A stretch of 64,000 bases of DNA from an uncultured Acidobacteriota bacterium (GTDB lineage: Bacteria; Acidobacteriota; UBA6911). Below the pieces are notes generated by a model that searched no databases, was not told the DNA's origin, and saw only the letters and a list, made by a program, of their open reading frames with translations. Each line of letters starts with the position of its first letter. Position 1 is the first letter of the stretch. Shown one piece after another: positions 48,705-58,230 of the stretch. The position numbers were made by a program, and so were the translations under genes. Location: contig CAWEJX010000016.1 in the NCBI GenBank assembly GCA_963809485.1, positions 64,001-128,000 on the forward strand. Reading direction: 5' to 3'.

Positions 48705-50453
48705 ATGAGAGAACGTTTGCTTTGGCCTCGGTGGATTTTTTCGGCTTTCGGAATTTTCAGCCTGGTGTTCGCATTGACCGCAATTTCATCGCCCTTTATC
48801 CACGCACAGCAGGCTGCTCCGGCGAGCGAACAGACGGCGGCGCAGCCGTCTTCCGCAGCGGATTTGCCGCCCCTGCCGATGAGTCCTACAGAGAAGGCCG
48901 AGAAGGACGGAACAGCGCTACGGCTTTCCTTGAAAGACATCACGAAACTGGCGCTGCAGTCCAATCTCGACATTGCAATCCAGGACACGAACGAGCAGCT
49001 GTATCAGCAAAAGATCTTCCAGGTCTACGGCGACTACGATCCAAAACTGACGGGCCAACTGGGAGTGAACCTGCGAAGGACAGCCAACACGAACCTGGCC
49101 AGTCAATCCACTTCATCCTACAGCTCCAACGACACTGCGCTCTGGAATTTCGAGTTTTCTCAACCTCTCAAAACGGGCGGGACCATCAAGCTAGGCTGGA
49201 ATTCCCAGCGGTTGAACAGCAATACAACATTCTCGCTGTTTAATCCGCAGTACCAGGTGGGTGGAACCTTGACTTTCACTCAGCCGTTGTGGCGCAACCG
49301 AAGCATCGATTCGACCCGCTCCAATATCAAGCTCTACAACCTGGATCTGAAAAACTCCGACAGCCAATTCAAGCAGAAGGTAACCGAGACTATTTCGAGC
49401 ATTCAGTCCCAATACTGGGACCTGGTCGCGGCCATCCGCAACTACCAGATCAAGCGGGATTCCGTAAGGCTGGCCCAGATTACCCTCAGGGATAACAAAA
49501 AGAAGGTTGAAGTCGGCACGCTGGCGCCGATAGAGGTCACGGATGCCCAGGCCAACGTGGCGCAGCGCGAGGTCGAGCTATGGTCGGCCGAAGAAATCAT
49601 CCTCAGCCAGGAAAACAACTTGCGGGCATTGATTTCCAACGATCGCAAGGCCGATATCTGGAGCAGGGTTATAGTGCCGACAGACACTCCCGACTTCAAG
49701 GAATACAAGGTTGACCTGGAAACGGCGATAAATACCGCGCTGGCAAACAGGCCGGAGCTTGAGCAGTACGACATCAAATTAAACCAGCTGGATATCAATA
49801 CCAGGCTATATGAGAACAATCGCAGGTGGCAAGTCGACCTTACGGCCGCACTTGGTAGCACTGGCAATGCGGGTCCCCAGTCGTGCCAAAAAAATGCCTA
49901 CACCGGCGAGTGTCTAACGGATGACCAAGGAAATCCGATACAGGCAACTCCTCCAGCCCTGGTCGGGGGAATCGGTAATGCCTACAAAACTGTGTTTACC
50001 GAAGGTTTTTACAACTGGCAGGTTGCCGTTCAGCTAACCATCCCGCTTCGGAGCCGGAGTCTGGATGCGCAGATTGCGCAACAGAATATCCAAAAGCGGC
50101 AGCAGCTCATGCAGCGAAGGAACAGCGAGCAGTCCATTCAGGTAGATATACGCAACGCCGTCCAGAAACTCGAGACCACCCGCAAACAGGTGGAAACTGC
50201 CGGCGTGTCCCGCACATTTTCCAAAGAGCGGCTGGACGGAGAGACGAAGCGCTTTGAAGCAGGACTCAGCCAGAATTACCTGGTCCTGCAGAGGCAGAAT
50301 GAGCTTTCCTCGGCCGAGTATACGGAACTGCAGGCCCTGATCAGTTACAGGAAGGCCATCATCAACCTTCAGAAGGCCATGTACACACTTCTCGAATTGA
50401 ACGAATTCGAGATTGCAAAAGGCAGCTCCAGCAAAGTCCCCGACCTGAGATAA
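48705..50453 (+). CDS. TolC-family outer membrane protein
   Basis: Signal peptide, ALQSNLDI, ALANRPEL, duplicated OEP repeats. Confidence 0.85.
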   Translation: MRERLLWPRWIFSAFGIFSLVFALTAISSPFIHAQQAAPASEQTAAQPSSAADLPPLPMSPTEKAEKDGTALRLSLKDITKLALQSNLDIAIQDTNEQLYQQKIFQVYGDYDPKLTGQLGVNLRRTANTNLASQSTSSYSSNDTALWNFEFSQPLKTGGTIKLGWNSQRLNSNTTFSLFNPQYQVGGTLTFTQPLWRNRSIDSTRSNIKLYNLDLKNSDSQFKQKVTETISSIQSQYWDLVAAIRNYQIKRDSVRLAQITLRDNKKKVEVGTLAPIEVTDAQANVAQREVELWSAEEIILSQENNLRALISNDRKADIWSRVIVPTDTPDFKEYKVDLETAINTALANRPELEQYDIKLNQLDINTRLYENNRRWQVDLTAALGSTGNAGPQSCQKNAYTGECLTDDQGNPIQATPPALVGGIGNAYKTVFTEGFYNWQVAVQLTIPLRSRSLDAQIAQQNIQKRQQLMQRRNSEQSIQVDIRNAVQKLETTRKQVETAGVSRTFSKERLDGETKRFEAGLSQNYLVLQRQNELSSAEYTELQALISYRKAIINLQKAMYTLLELNEFEIAKGSSSKVPDLR

Positions 50454-50454
50454 G

Positions 50455-50514
50455 AATTACCGATTGACGATTGAAATGCTTTTAGTCAGGCTTTTCAATC
50501 GTCAATCGAAAATC
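50455..50514. repeat. Inverted heptamer repeats (CGATTGA)n / (TCAATCG)n
   Basis: CGATTGACGATTGAAA..TTTCAATCGTCAATCG. Confidence 0.7.
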
Positions 50515-50563
50515 TTTCATATTTCCTTCCGGAAATTTCCCGCTCTTCGTTTAAGATAATGCC

Positions 50564-51400
50564 ATGCTTATAAATCCATGGGCATATGCGCTGTTCGGAC
50601 TTGTGATCGGGAGTTTCCTCAATGTTTGCATCTGCCGGATCCCTTTGAGGCAATCGGTGGCGCTCCCGGGTTCGCACTGCCCCCATTGCGGAAAGCCGAT
50701 AAAATATTACGATAATGTGCCTGTAGTTTCGTTCCTCCTGCTGCGGGGAAAGTGCCGTTCCTGCGGCGCGCGGATCTCGTTCCAGTATCCGCTGGTAGAA
50801 CTGCTGACCGCCCTGGCCTTCCTGGCCTGTGCGCTGGAATGGAATTTTTCGCCGCCGACGTTCGTAAACACCCTGCTGCTCTCCGTAGTGATAATTCTCA
50901 TTTTCGTGGACTTCCATCACCGGATCCTTCCGAACATTTTGACTCTGCCCGGCGCGGCAGCCGGAATACTTCTGAGCCCTTTCCAGGCGCAGTATTTTTA
51001 CGGCGACCTGCTATCGCTGAAAACGGCTTCGCTGATCTGGCCGGGAAATCCCGAACGGATCCTTCCCTGGACGGGTTCGGTGCTGGGGGCGCTTGTCGGC
51101 GGCGGGTCCCTGCTGGTTGTGGCCTTTTTTTACGAGAAGGTCCGCAAGAAACAGGGACTGGGGATGGGGGATGTCAAGATGATGGCAATGGTGGGCGCCT
51201 TCCTCGGCTGGGGTTTCGCCCTGCTGACGATTTTTGTCGGGTCCTTGCTGGGAAGCCTGGTCGGGATTTTCCTCATGCTCTTCCGCAAAATGTCCCTTCA
51301 AACCAAGCTTGCCTTCGGCGTTTTTCTCGGCATCGGCACTGCATTCTGCCTCTTTTACGGCCTGCCGGTTCTCCAATGGTGGCTGAGCCCCACCCGATAA
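50564..51400 (+). CDS. pilD: Type IV prepilin peptidase/methyltransferase
   Basis: GSFLNVCI.RIP, SHCPHC, CRSC, GMGDVKM, AFGVFL. Confidence 0.92.
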   Translation: MLINPWAYALFGLVIGSFLNVCICRIPLRQSVALPGSHCPHCGKPIKYYDNVPVVSFLLLRGKCRSCGARISFQYPLVELLTALAFLACALEWNFSPPTFVNTLLLSVVIILIFVDFHHRILPNILTLPGAAAGILLSPFQAQYFYGDLLSLKTASLIWPGNPERILPWTGSVLGALVGGGSLLVVAFFYEKVRKKQGLGMGDVKMMAMVGAFLGWGFALLTIFVGSLLGSLVGIFLMLFRKMSLQTKLAFGVFLGIGTAFCLFYGLPVLQWWLSPTR

Positions 51401-51623
51401 AAACCCACTGCGAATTCCAGGAATCCGGCCCGGTTGGCTCCCGGGACTGGCGGCGTTGTATCAGTCGGATGAAGGCAGCGGCCTCGGCTCCTGCACTTTC
51501 ATCTCTTTTTCACAACAAACGAAAACGCCCTCACCGGCCTTGGTGCACAGGACCTCTGTGCCGCAAATTTCGCACTTATATCTCTTTCCAAGCTGACTCA
51601 TAGCGTTCCACCTTCCGAAAAAG

Positions 51624-51743
51624 CTATTTTTTCAGTTCCATCGGCTGGCCGCAGCAGTGAACCGTTCCGTTTCCGGCACGGGTAACTATCACTTCGGCCC
51701 CGCACTTCGTGCATTTGTACCGCTTGCCTACCTGGTTCGCCAT
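51624..51743 (-). CDS. Desulforedoxin-like 39-aa iron-binding protein (absent from ORF track)
   Basis: MANQVGKRYKCTKCGAEVIVTRAGNGTVHCCGQPMELKK; CxxC..CC motif; SD AGAGGA. Confidence 0.85.
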   Translation of the reverse strand: MANQVGKRYKCTKCGAEVIVTRAGNGTVHCCGQPMELKK

Positions 51744-51794
51744 CTGTAATTCCTCTTTCTGATAATCGGGTGATTGCGCCGATCCACAACTATC

Positions 51795-52475
51795 TCACAG
51801 CTCGATCTCCCTCAGATCCGGGGCGACAATAAGCCTGGGTTCTGTTACCGACTGAACATCCTCGGCGGTGAGGCCGGGATAAATTTCCTTCAACAACAAT
51901 CCCCTATCGGTCACCTCGATCACAGCGAGGTCCGTAAAAATCATGTTCACCTTTTTTCTTGCCGTTGCAGGATAGGTCAGCTGTCGGACTATTTTGGGCG
52001 CGCCGTCGTTCGTGGTATGTTCCATTGCGATGAAAAGCTTCTTGGCACCCACCGCAAGATCCATCGATCCACCGATGTTGCCGACGCCATTCAATCCCCT
52101 GGAGGGATTCAGCCACGAAGCGAAATCGCCCGATTCATTGACCTGGAATGCTCCCATGACCGTAACATCCACATGCCCTCCCCGGATCATGGCGAAAGAC
52201 TCGCAGATGTCGAAATAAACCGTGCCGTTCGCTTCCAGGACAGGCTGGCAACTGGCGTTAATGAGATCCTGATCGATGGCATCTCCCTCCGCAAGGCTTC
52301 CGGTCTTCAGCATCCCGATTTCCGATTGCAGAATAACGTCTCTGCCTTCCAGCCAGTTACTTACAAGAGTGGGAATCCCGATGCCCAGATTCACGTAGGA
52401 ATTGTCCTCGATTTCCTTGCTCACTCTTAATGCAATAATTTCCCGGGGAAGCCCCTCATATTTCTTCAACTTCAT
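51795..52475 (-). CDS. 3-oxoacid CoA-transferase subunit B
   Basis: NLGIGIPT, QSE(I)G, GGSMDL. Confidence 0.9.
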   Translation of the reverse strand: MKLKKYEGLPREIIALRVSKEIEDNSYVNLGIGIPTLVSNWLEGRDVILQSEIGMLKTGSLAEGDAIDQDLINASCQPVLEANGTVYFDICESFAMIRGGHVDVTVMGAFQVNESGDFASWLNPSRGLNGVGNIGGSMDLAVGAKKLFIAMEHTTNDGAPKIVRQLTYPATARKKVNMIFTDLAVIEVTDRGLLLKEIYPGLTAEDVQSVTEPRLIVAPDLREIEL

Positions 52476-52490
52476 TCTCCTTGTGGAATA

Positions 52491-53231
52491 TCAGAGATTC
52501 GTGATGTCAAACGTGATCCGGGGCACTTTGACCACCTTTTGGACAAAAATGCCTGGAGTGTGGACCGTCTCCGGGTCAAGATCCCCTGCGGGCACGAGGT
52601 TTTCAACCTCGGCAATTGTCTCCCGGGCAGCCATCGCCATGACGTGATTAAAATTTCGGGCGGTTTTGCGATAGCGGAGGTTTCCTTCTTCGTCGCCCAT
52701 ATGCGCGTGAACAAGAGCAAAATCAGGCTTCAGGGGATATTCGAGAATACAGGTCTGCCCGTCAAAAACACGCGTCTCCCTCTTTTTGCGGTTTCCCTCG
52801 ATGTTGGTGATGGTGGTTTCCTCCACCATGGCACCCGCGCCCACAGGAACAAAAAACGCAGGGATTCCGGCACCCGCCATACGGTATTTTTCACAGAGCG
52901 TGCCCATGGGGTACACCTCCAGCTCGATCTCCCCCGCACGAACCTTTTGCTCCAGAAGGTGCTGGCCGCCTTTGGTGGCGGAGCGGAACAACCCATAGGA
53001 ATCGATAAGTTTCCTGATTTGATTGTTCTCCAGCAAAGTGTTCAATTCGTCTTTGGCGCCCAGCAACGGGCCCGACCCGCAGGCCAGGGTCAGGTCCTTT
53101 ACGCCTTTCCGGACCAGTGCCCGGAGCAGCGTTCGGGGCACGCCGGCAGCAAAAAATCCGCCGATCGCAATCATCGCCCCGTCCCTGATTCCCGCCAGGG
53201 CTTCTTCCATATCTTCGGCTACTTTATTCAT
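52491..53231 (-). CDS. 3-oxoacid CoA-transferase subunit A
   Basis: GGF..GVP, GTL.E..GAGIPAF, NFN, VHTPGIFV. Confidence 0.9.
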   Translation of the reverse strand: MNKVAEDMEEALAGIRDGAMIAIGGFFAAGVPRTLLRALVRKGVKDLTLACGSGPLLGAKDELNTLLENNQIRKLIDSYGLFRSATKGGQHLLEQKVRAGEIELEVYPMGTLCEKYRMAGAGIPAFFVPVGAGAMVEETTITNIEGNRKKRETRVFDGQTCILEYPLKPDFALVHAHMGDEEGNLRYRKTARNFNHVMAMAARETIAEVENLVPAGDLDPETVHTPGIFVQKVVKVPRITFDITNL

Positions 53232-53276
53232 GCGTTCGATTCCCCTCGATAAATCTGCCGCGTATTATGAAAAAAA

Positions 53277-54005
53277 TCAAACTTCCCTTCGTGTCTTCGC
53301 CGCAAGCCTCGATTCCAGCGCCAAACCCTGGTCGAGCGGCATGTCCATCCCTCGACGGACCGCTAGCTTTGCATTTCTTACCGCAACCGGATCCAGCGAG
53401 GCTATTCTACATGCGATTTCCCCGGCCACGGCGAGAAGCCGTTCCCGGGGCACGACCTGATTGACCATTCCTGTTTCCAGAGCCTCGCGGCTATCCAGAC
53501 GGCGCCCGGTCAGGAGCATGTCAAAAGCCACGGCCGGTCCGACGGTCCGCGGGAGCGTCTGGGTCCCCCCCGCGGCGGGCAGGATGCCCAACCCGACTTC
53601 CGGCAGTCCAAAAACAACATCCTCGGAGGCAATACGAAGATCGCAGTATAGGGCAATCTCTATTCCCGAGCCGAGCACATATCCGTGCAGGGCCGCAATC
53701 AGGGGCTGCGGCATACCTAAAAATAGCCCCCAAAGATTCCGCAGAGCACGGATGTTTCGTGCCTTGGTTGCGGAAGGCGCCGTCAGAAATTCCTTCAGAT
53801 CGGCGCCGGCGCAAAACGCCTTGTCGCCCGCCCCCTTGAATACAACAGCGTGAACTTCATCATCAATCCTTATGGCGCTCAGAACCTCATACAGATCATC
53901 GCGCATTTGAATGTTGTAGGCATTCAAAGCCTTCGGACGGTTTAGCGTCACATACGCGACGGCGCCGCTTTTCTCAAATAGAATGGTCTCAAATCCGTCG
54001 GCCAT
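53277..54005 (-). CDS. Enoyl-CoA hydratase/isomerase
   Basis: LNRP..LNA, AFCAGADL, GSGIE, FGLPE. Confidence 0.9.
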   Translation of the reverse strand: MADGFETILFEKSGAVAYVTLNRPKALNAYNIQMRDDLYEVLSAIRIDDEVHAVVFKGAGDKAFCAGADLKEFLTAPSATKARNIRALRNLWGLFLGMPQPLIAALHGYVLGSGIEIALYCDLRIASEDVVFGLPEVGLGILPAAGGTQTLPRTVGPAVAFDMLLTGRRLDSREALETGMVNQVVPRERLLAVAGEIACRIASLDPVAVRNAKLAVRRGMDMPLDQGLALESRLAAKTRREV

Positions 54006-54010
54006 GGCGT

Positions 54011-54715
54011 TCAGTTTCCATCAAAAACAGGATTTCGTTTTTCCTTGAATGCCGTAATTCCCTCAACACGGTCGCGGGTGCTGAACAAAATCAGGTAAAG
54101 ATCCATCTCCAGGTTCACACCCTGATCCAGGGTAAGGTCCATACCGCTGTAAACGGCTTCCTTGGCAAAGCGCAGAGAGAGGGGCGACTTCAGCGCCATT
54201 TCCGCGGCCATCTCCATGGCGGTGTTGAGCAATGCATCGGGGGCGACGACCCTGTGAAGCAGTCCAATCCTGTGAGCTTCCCCGGCATCGATGGCATCCC
54301 CGGTAAGAATCATCTCCAGCGCCTTCCCAAGCCCTATTAGGCGCGGAAGCCGCTGGGTACCGCCGTCGCCAGGCAGATGGCCGGACCGTATCTGCGAAAG
54401 TCCAAAACGGGCGTTTTCAGTTCCGATCCTGAGGTCGCACGCAAGGGCCAGTTCGAGAGCGGGACCGATTGCATCGCCCCGGATGGCCGCGATCACCGGC
54501 TGCTTGAGCCCCGCAACGGGCCCAGCCAGGCGACCGGGAAGTTCGCCACCGAAGATAAGCACAACCACGCGTGTATCCTCATCCCATGAAACGAGATCGC
54601 ATAGTTCGGCCAGGTCGGCTGCCGCCGTTTCATAGTCCGCGCCGGCCTGCAAATCAACAACCATGCAGTTCGCCGTTTTCCTGTAGGCCCAGACGCCGCG
54701 CTTCTGTTCTTCCAT
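54011..54715 (-). CDS. Degenerate enoyl-CoA hydratase/isomerase
   Basis: ELALACDLR, GGTQRLPRLIG, AFKEKR; AFCAGAD segment missing; start uncertain. Confidence 0.75.
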   Translation of the reverse strand: MEEQKRGVWAYRKTANCMVVDLQAGADYETAAADLAELCDLVSWDEDTRVVVLIFGGELPGRLAGPVAGLKQPVIAAIRGDAIGPALELALACDLRIGTENARFGLSQIRSGHLPGDGGTQRLPRLIGLGKALEMILTGDAIDAGEAHRIGLLHRVVAPDALLNTAMEMAAEMALKSPLSLRFAKEAVYSGMDLTLDQGVNLEMDLYLILFSTRDRVEGITAFKEKRNPVFDGN

Positions 54716-55149
54716 CCCGATTCGATCCCCCCTGTAATCCGTAATCGCTATAACGCAACCGCCAGGCTCCTGCATGGCAGCAGCTTTCGGCAGAACTTTC
54801 ATTAAGTCCCGGTGAATACAGCTATCCAGAGCCGCCGGGAAGCCCGGCTGTGCGGCGGAAACACCGATACAGCCGCGGAGACTTTATCATAACGATTACG
54901 GAGACGGACATGGCTAATTTCCGGTCGGGCCGGAGACGCTGTCCATCGCATCCGGCCCGCCATGCGGATGCGTTTGCAGCATCTTTCCCATCACGGCCCG
55001 ATCCAAATGCGGCATAGCAAGAAACAGAAGTTATATTGGATAACGCCCGGGATTGGGGGCTCCAAAGGCGTCCGGAAGGTTTCCAGCCCGCACCGCATGC
55101 TTCCGGCAATTACCGCCCCGGGGAATCCCCCCGGGAGGCAACCGCGCTG

Positions 55150-55521
55150 TCACTTCCTCCCCGGAATGATTTCGATCCAATATCCGTCGGGATCCTCGAT
55201 GAAGTAGATGCCCATCCCCGGATTTTCATGGCAGACGCAGCCCATTTCCTTGTGACGGGCAAAGGCGGCGTTGTAGTCATCGACGGCCAGCGCAAGGTGG
55301 AATTCGTTATCTCCCAGGTTATAGGGCTCCTTTCGGTCCCTGAGCCAGGTCAGCTCCAGCCTGTGTGCAGTCTTTTCGTCGCCGAGAAATACGAGTGTGA
55401 AGCTCTTGTCGGCAGCGTCCCTGCGCCGCGTTTCGACGAGGCCCAGCGCGTTGCGATAGAACTCCAGGCTTTTTTCAAGGTCCAGGACGTTAATGCTGTT
55501 GTGGTTAAACTCAAATTTCAT
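55150..55521 (-). CDS. VOC family / lactoylglutathione lyase-like
   Basis: H..DLEKSLEFY, LELT, HLA, FIEDPDGYWIE. Confidence 0.88.
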   Translation of the reverse strand: MKFEFNHNSINVLDLEKSLEFYRNALGLVETRRRDAADKSFTLVFLGDEKTAHRLELTWLRDRKEPYNLGDNEFHLALAVDDYNAAFARHKEMGCVCHENPGMGIYFIEDPDGYWIEIIPGRK

Positions 55522-55740
55522 ATTTCCTTCTCCGCGCTCATCTTGAGCAGGTCGGCATCCCAGCCAGTCCGGGATTTGCCTATGGAACAAAACCATTCTC
55601 CGTATTCCGACAGACTCAATCAAGGCACGGATGCATTTTAGATTGCACGCTTCAAAGGTCACCCCATTTTGCCAAAAAAAGATTTCTTCCACCCATTCCG
55701 GCGTTAAAATAGACAGGAACCTATACTGGGGCGTCTTCCT

Positions 55741-55914
55741 ATGATCGTTCAAACCCTTGTGGAGTACGGCGCGCTTCAATCGATTTCTGCGGCGTTCGCC
55801 AGCGCTTATTATCGCGCTGAGAGTTTTCTGGTATCGGTCAATCCCAGATACTATCTTATCCTGGCGCTCGCGGTTCTGGCATGGATCATTCTGACCCGCC
55901 GACGCGCGCATTAA
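55741..55914 (+). CDS. Small 57-aa membrane protein (absent from ORF track)
   Basis: MIVQTLVEYGALQSIS..YYLILALAVLAWIILTRRRAH; C-terminal TM helix plus Arg tail. Confidence 0.55.
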   Translation: MIVQTLVEYGALQSISAAFASAYYRAESFLVSVNPRYYLILALAVLAWIILTRRRAH

Positions 55915-55994
55915 GATCCGGGAAAGGCTCGCGAAAACAATCGGGCGTGATGAAGTTGTTTTCCCGGGATTGCACTGCCGGGCTTGGGGAACAT

Positions 55995-56630
55995 ATGCAG
56001 GATTTGACCGGTTTGCGCGAATCGATTCTTACGGGAAATTCCGCACGGGCCATAGAAGAGGCACAAAAAGCACTGTGCGATGGCGCGAATCCGGCCGACA
56101 TCGTCAGCCGGGGCATCGGCCCGGCAATGGGTGAGGTGGGAAGGCTGTTCGAAGCCGGCGAGTGCTTCGTCCCCGAACTGCTCATGGCGGCAAAATGCAC
56201 GAAGGAAGTCTTCCGCATCCTGCGCCCCCTGCTCGCGCAAACGGGAGCCAAACCCAACGGCTGCGTGGTGATGGGAACCGTGCGCGGCGACCTGCACGAC
56301 ATCGGCAAGAACCTCGTGGCGGCAATGCTCGAGGGAGGCGGATTTGAGGTCACGGATCTCGGCGTCGATGTCCCAGCCGAGAGGTTCGTTGCCGCCGTGC
56401 GGGACCGACAGGCTCATATCGTGGGCCTTTCGGCTTTGCTCACCTCGACCTTGCCTGCCATGAAAGCAGTAGTCGAAGCCTTCCGCGCATCAGGGATGCG
56501 CGATAGCATCAAAATAATGGTAGGAGGGGCGCCGGTAACGCAAGAATACGCAAACGCAATCGGCGCCGATGGGTATGGGGAAAGCGCTGCCGCGTCCGTG
56601 GATCTGGCGCGCCGCCTGATTGGCGGATGA
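55995..56630 (+). CDS. Corrinoid (cobalamin-binding) methyltransferase protein
   Basis: FVPE cap domain, GDLHDIGKN (DxHxxG), SALL, VGGA. Confidence 0.93.
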   Translation: MQDLTGLRESILTGNSARAIEEAQKALCDGANPADIVSRGIGPAMGEVGRLFEAGECFVPELLMAAKCTKEVFRILRPLLAQTGAKPNGCVVMGTVRGDLHDIGKNLVAAMLEGGGFEVTDLGVDVPAERFVAAVRDRQAHIVGLSALLTSTLPAMKAVVEAFRASGMRDSIKIMVGGAPVTQEYANAIGADGYGESAAASVDLARRLIGG

Positions 56631-56640
56631 CACACCAAAA

Positions 56641-56685
56641 AGTCAGGTGCCTCCGGCAAAGCCGGAGGCTTACCGATGTAATTAT
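56641..56685 (-). mobile_element. Family A collapsed mini-copy A6 (single hairpin with both outer tails)
   Basis: AGTCAGGTG-CCTCCGGCAAAGCCGGAGG-CTTACCGATGTAATTA. Confidence 0.75.
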
Positions 56686-56700
56686 GGGATTGAGCCTGCG

Positions 56701-57732
56701 ATGGATGATCTGCAGTGGAGCACCCTGATTTCTGTGGTTCACGGCGAACGGCTCGCCGCGCCGCCTGCCGGTTTCATAATCGACAGCCCCTGGCTCCCCA
56801 ATTGGGCCGGTCACACAATCCTGGATTATTTTACCGACGAGCGGATCTTCCTGGAGGACAACCTGAAGGCCATACGGGCCTTTCCTCAGGCCCTCATTCT
56901 GCCGGGCTTCTGGTCCGAATACGGGATGTGCACCGAACCCTCCGCTTTTGGTTCCGTATCCACCTGGGAGGAGAACGAATTTCCCTTCGCCCAAAAAGTG
57001 CTTCAGTCGGCGGCGGACGTGGAATACTTACGCCAACCCGATCCACGAAAGGACGGCCTGCTCCCTTTTGTCATCAAGCGCCTCAAACACCTGCAGCCTG
57101 AAATCGAAAAGGCCGGTCACAAAATCCGTTTTGCGGTCGCGCGCGGCCCGCTGAACATCGCAACGTTTTTGATGGGGGCGACCGAATTCCTGACTGCGCT
57201 AAAAACGAATCCCGAATGCATGCATCGCCTGCTGACCGTCATCACGGACTTTCTCGTGGATTGGGTCCGATGGCAGCGCCAGTGCTTTCCCTCGATTGAC
57301 GGCATCCTTCTGCTGGACGACATCGTGGGTTTCGTGAGCCGGCAGGATTTCGAGGTTTTCGGTTTCCCCCACCTGAAAAGGATTTTCAGCGCGGATGTAA
57401 CCCTTAAATTCTTCCATAACGACGCCCCGTGCAAAGCTTGCGCGCCCCTGCTGCCGGAAGCCGGCGTCAACTTGCTGAATTTCGGTTTTCAGCACACCAT
57501 TGCGGACATGAGAGTGTGGACCGGGAACAGGGTTGCCCTGATGGGCAACATACCACCCCGCGATGTCCTGGCCGCCGGAACGCCGGCGGACGTGGAGCGG
57601 TCGGTTGCAGGCATGCTCAATGCCCTGGAAGATCGATCGCGCCTGATTGTTTCATGCGGCGGCGGCATGCCCCCCGGCGCACCGGCGGAAAACATACGGG
57701 CTTTGATAGCAGCATCGGCGCAATCGAGGTAG
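56701..57732 (+). CDS. UroD/MtaA-CmuA family corrinoid-dependent methyltransferase
   Basis: EPSAFG, GPLNIA, FHND, GNIPP, SCGGG; follows the corrinoid gene. Confidence 0.8.
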   Translation: MDDLQWSTLISVVHGERLAAPPAGFIIDSPWLPNWAGHTILDYFTDERIFLEDNLKAIRAFPQALILPGFWSEYGMCTEPSAFGSVSTWEENEFPFAQKVLQSAADVEYLRQPDPRKDGLLPFVIKRLKHLQPEIEKAGHKIRFAVARGPLNIATFLMGATEFLTALKTNPECMHRLLTVITDFLVDWVRWQRQCFPSIDGILLLDDIVGFVSRQDFEVFGFPHLKRIFSADVTLKFFHNDAPCKACAPLLPEAGVNLLNFGFQHTIADMRVWTGNRVALMGNIPPRDVLAAGTPADVERSVAGMLNALEDRSRLIVSCGGGMPPGAPAENIRALIAASAQSR

Positions 57733-58230
57733 CGTTATTCCGAAAGATACGGGTTGGTGCAGAACTCCGCCAAATTATTTCCATCGGGATCCGCGCAAAA
57801 TAACAATTTCCAGCTTGTGCGGGAAAAATCACCGGGGTAAAAACTTTGTTGTGTCCGCGCTCCCTTCCCGGGTGTAGAATCCTGCCGGCGCAGCCCAATC
57901 ATTCGTTCTCGCACCTCATGAAGCTGGGCTGCACGCTCCATTAAGCACCTGAACATGTTGCCCAAATGTGAGGAATCATCCTGATTCCCGCACGGATGGG
58001 TCGAGCGGACGGCAGAACGCGGCGATGCCGATGAAATCTAAATCATTTATAAAATGCTCATGAAGATACGGGGAGAGAATCCATGCGAAAACTGTTGGCA
58101 CCAAGGTGCCTTATGGCTTGGGCGATCCCTGGGCAGGTCCCCTGTTCAAGCAGCTGTGCATCAGCTGGATTCAATGCTGAAACTCATACGGCTTCTGTGA
58201 AAAAGCGCTACCTTTAAAGGAGGAATAATA

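Noticed and set aside
54820-55145. Hairpin-rich spacer as ncRNA
   Set aside because: Short GC-rich stems only, with no recognisable motif or second copy in the window.
55915-55994. Cobalamin riboswitch before the corrinoid gene
   Set aside because: Only a weak GCACTG..GGGAA resemblance; the spacer is too short and other core motifs are absent.
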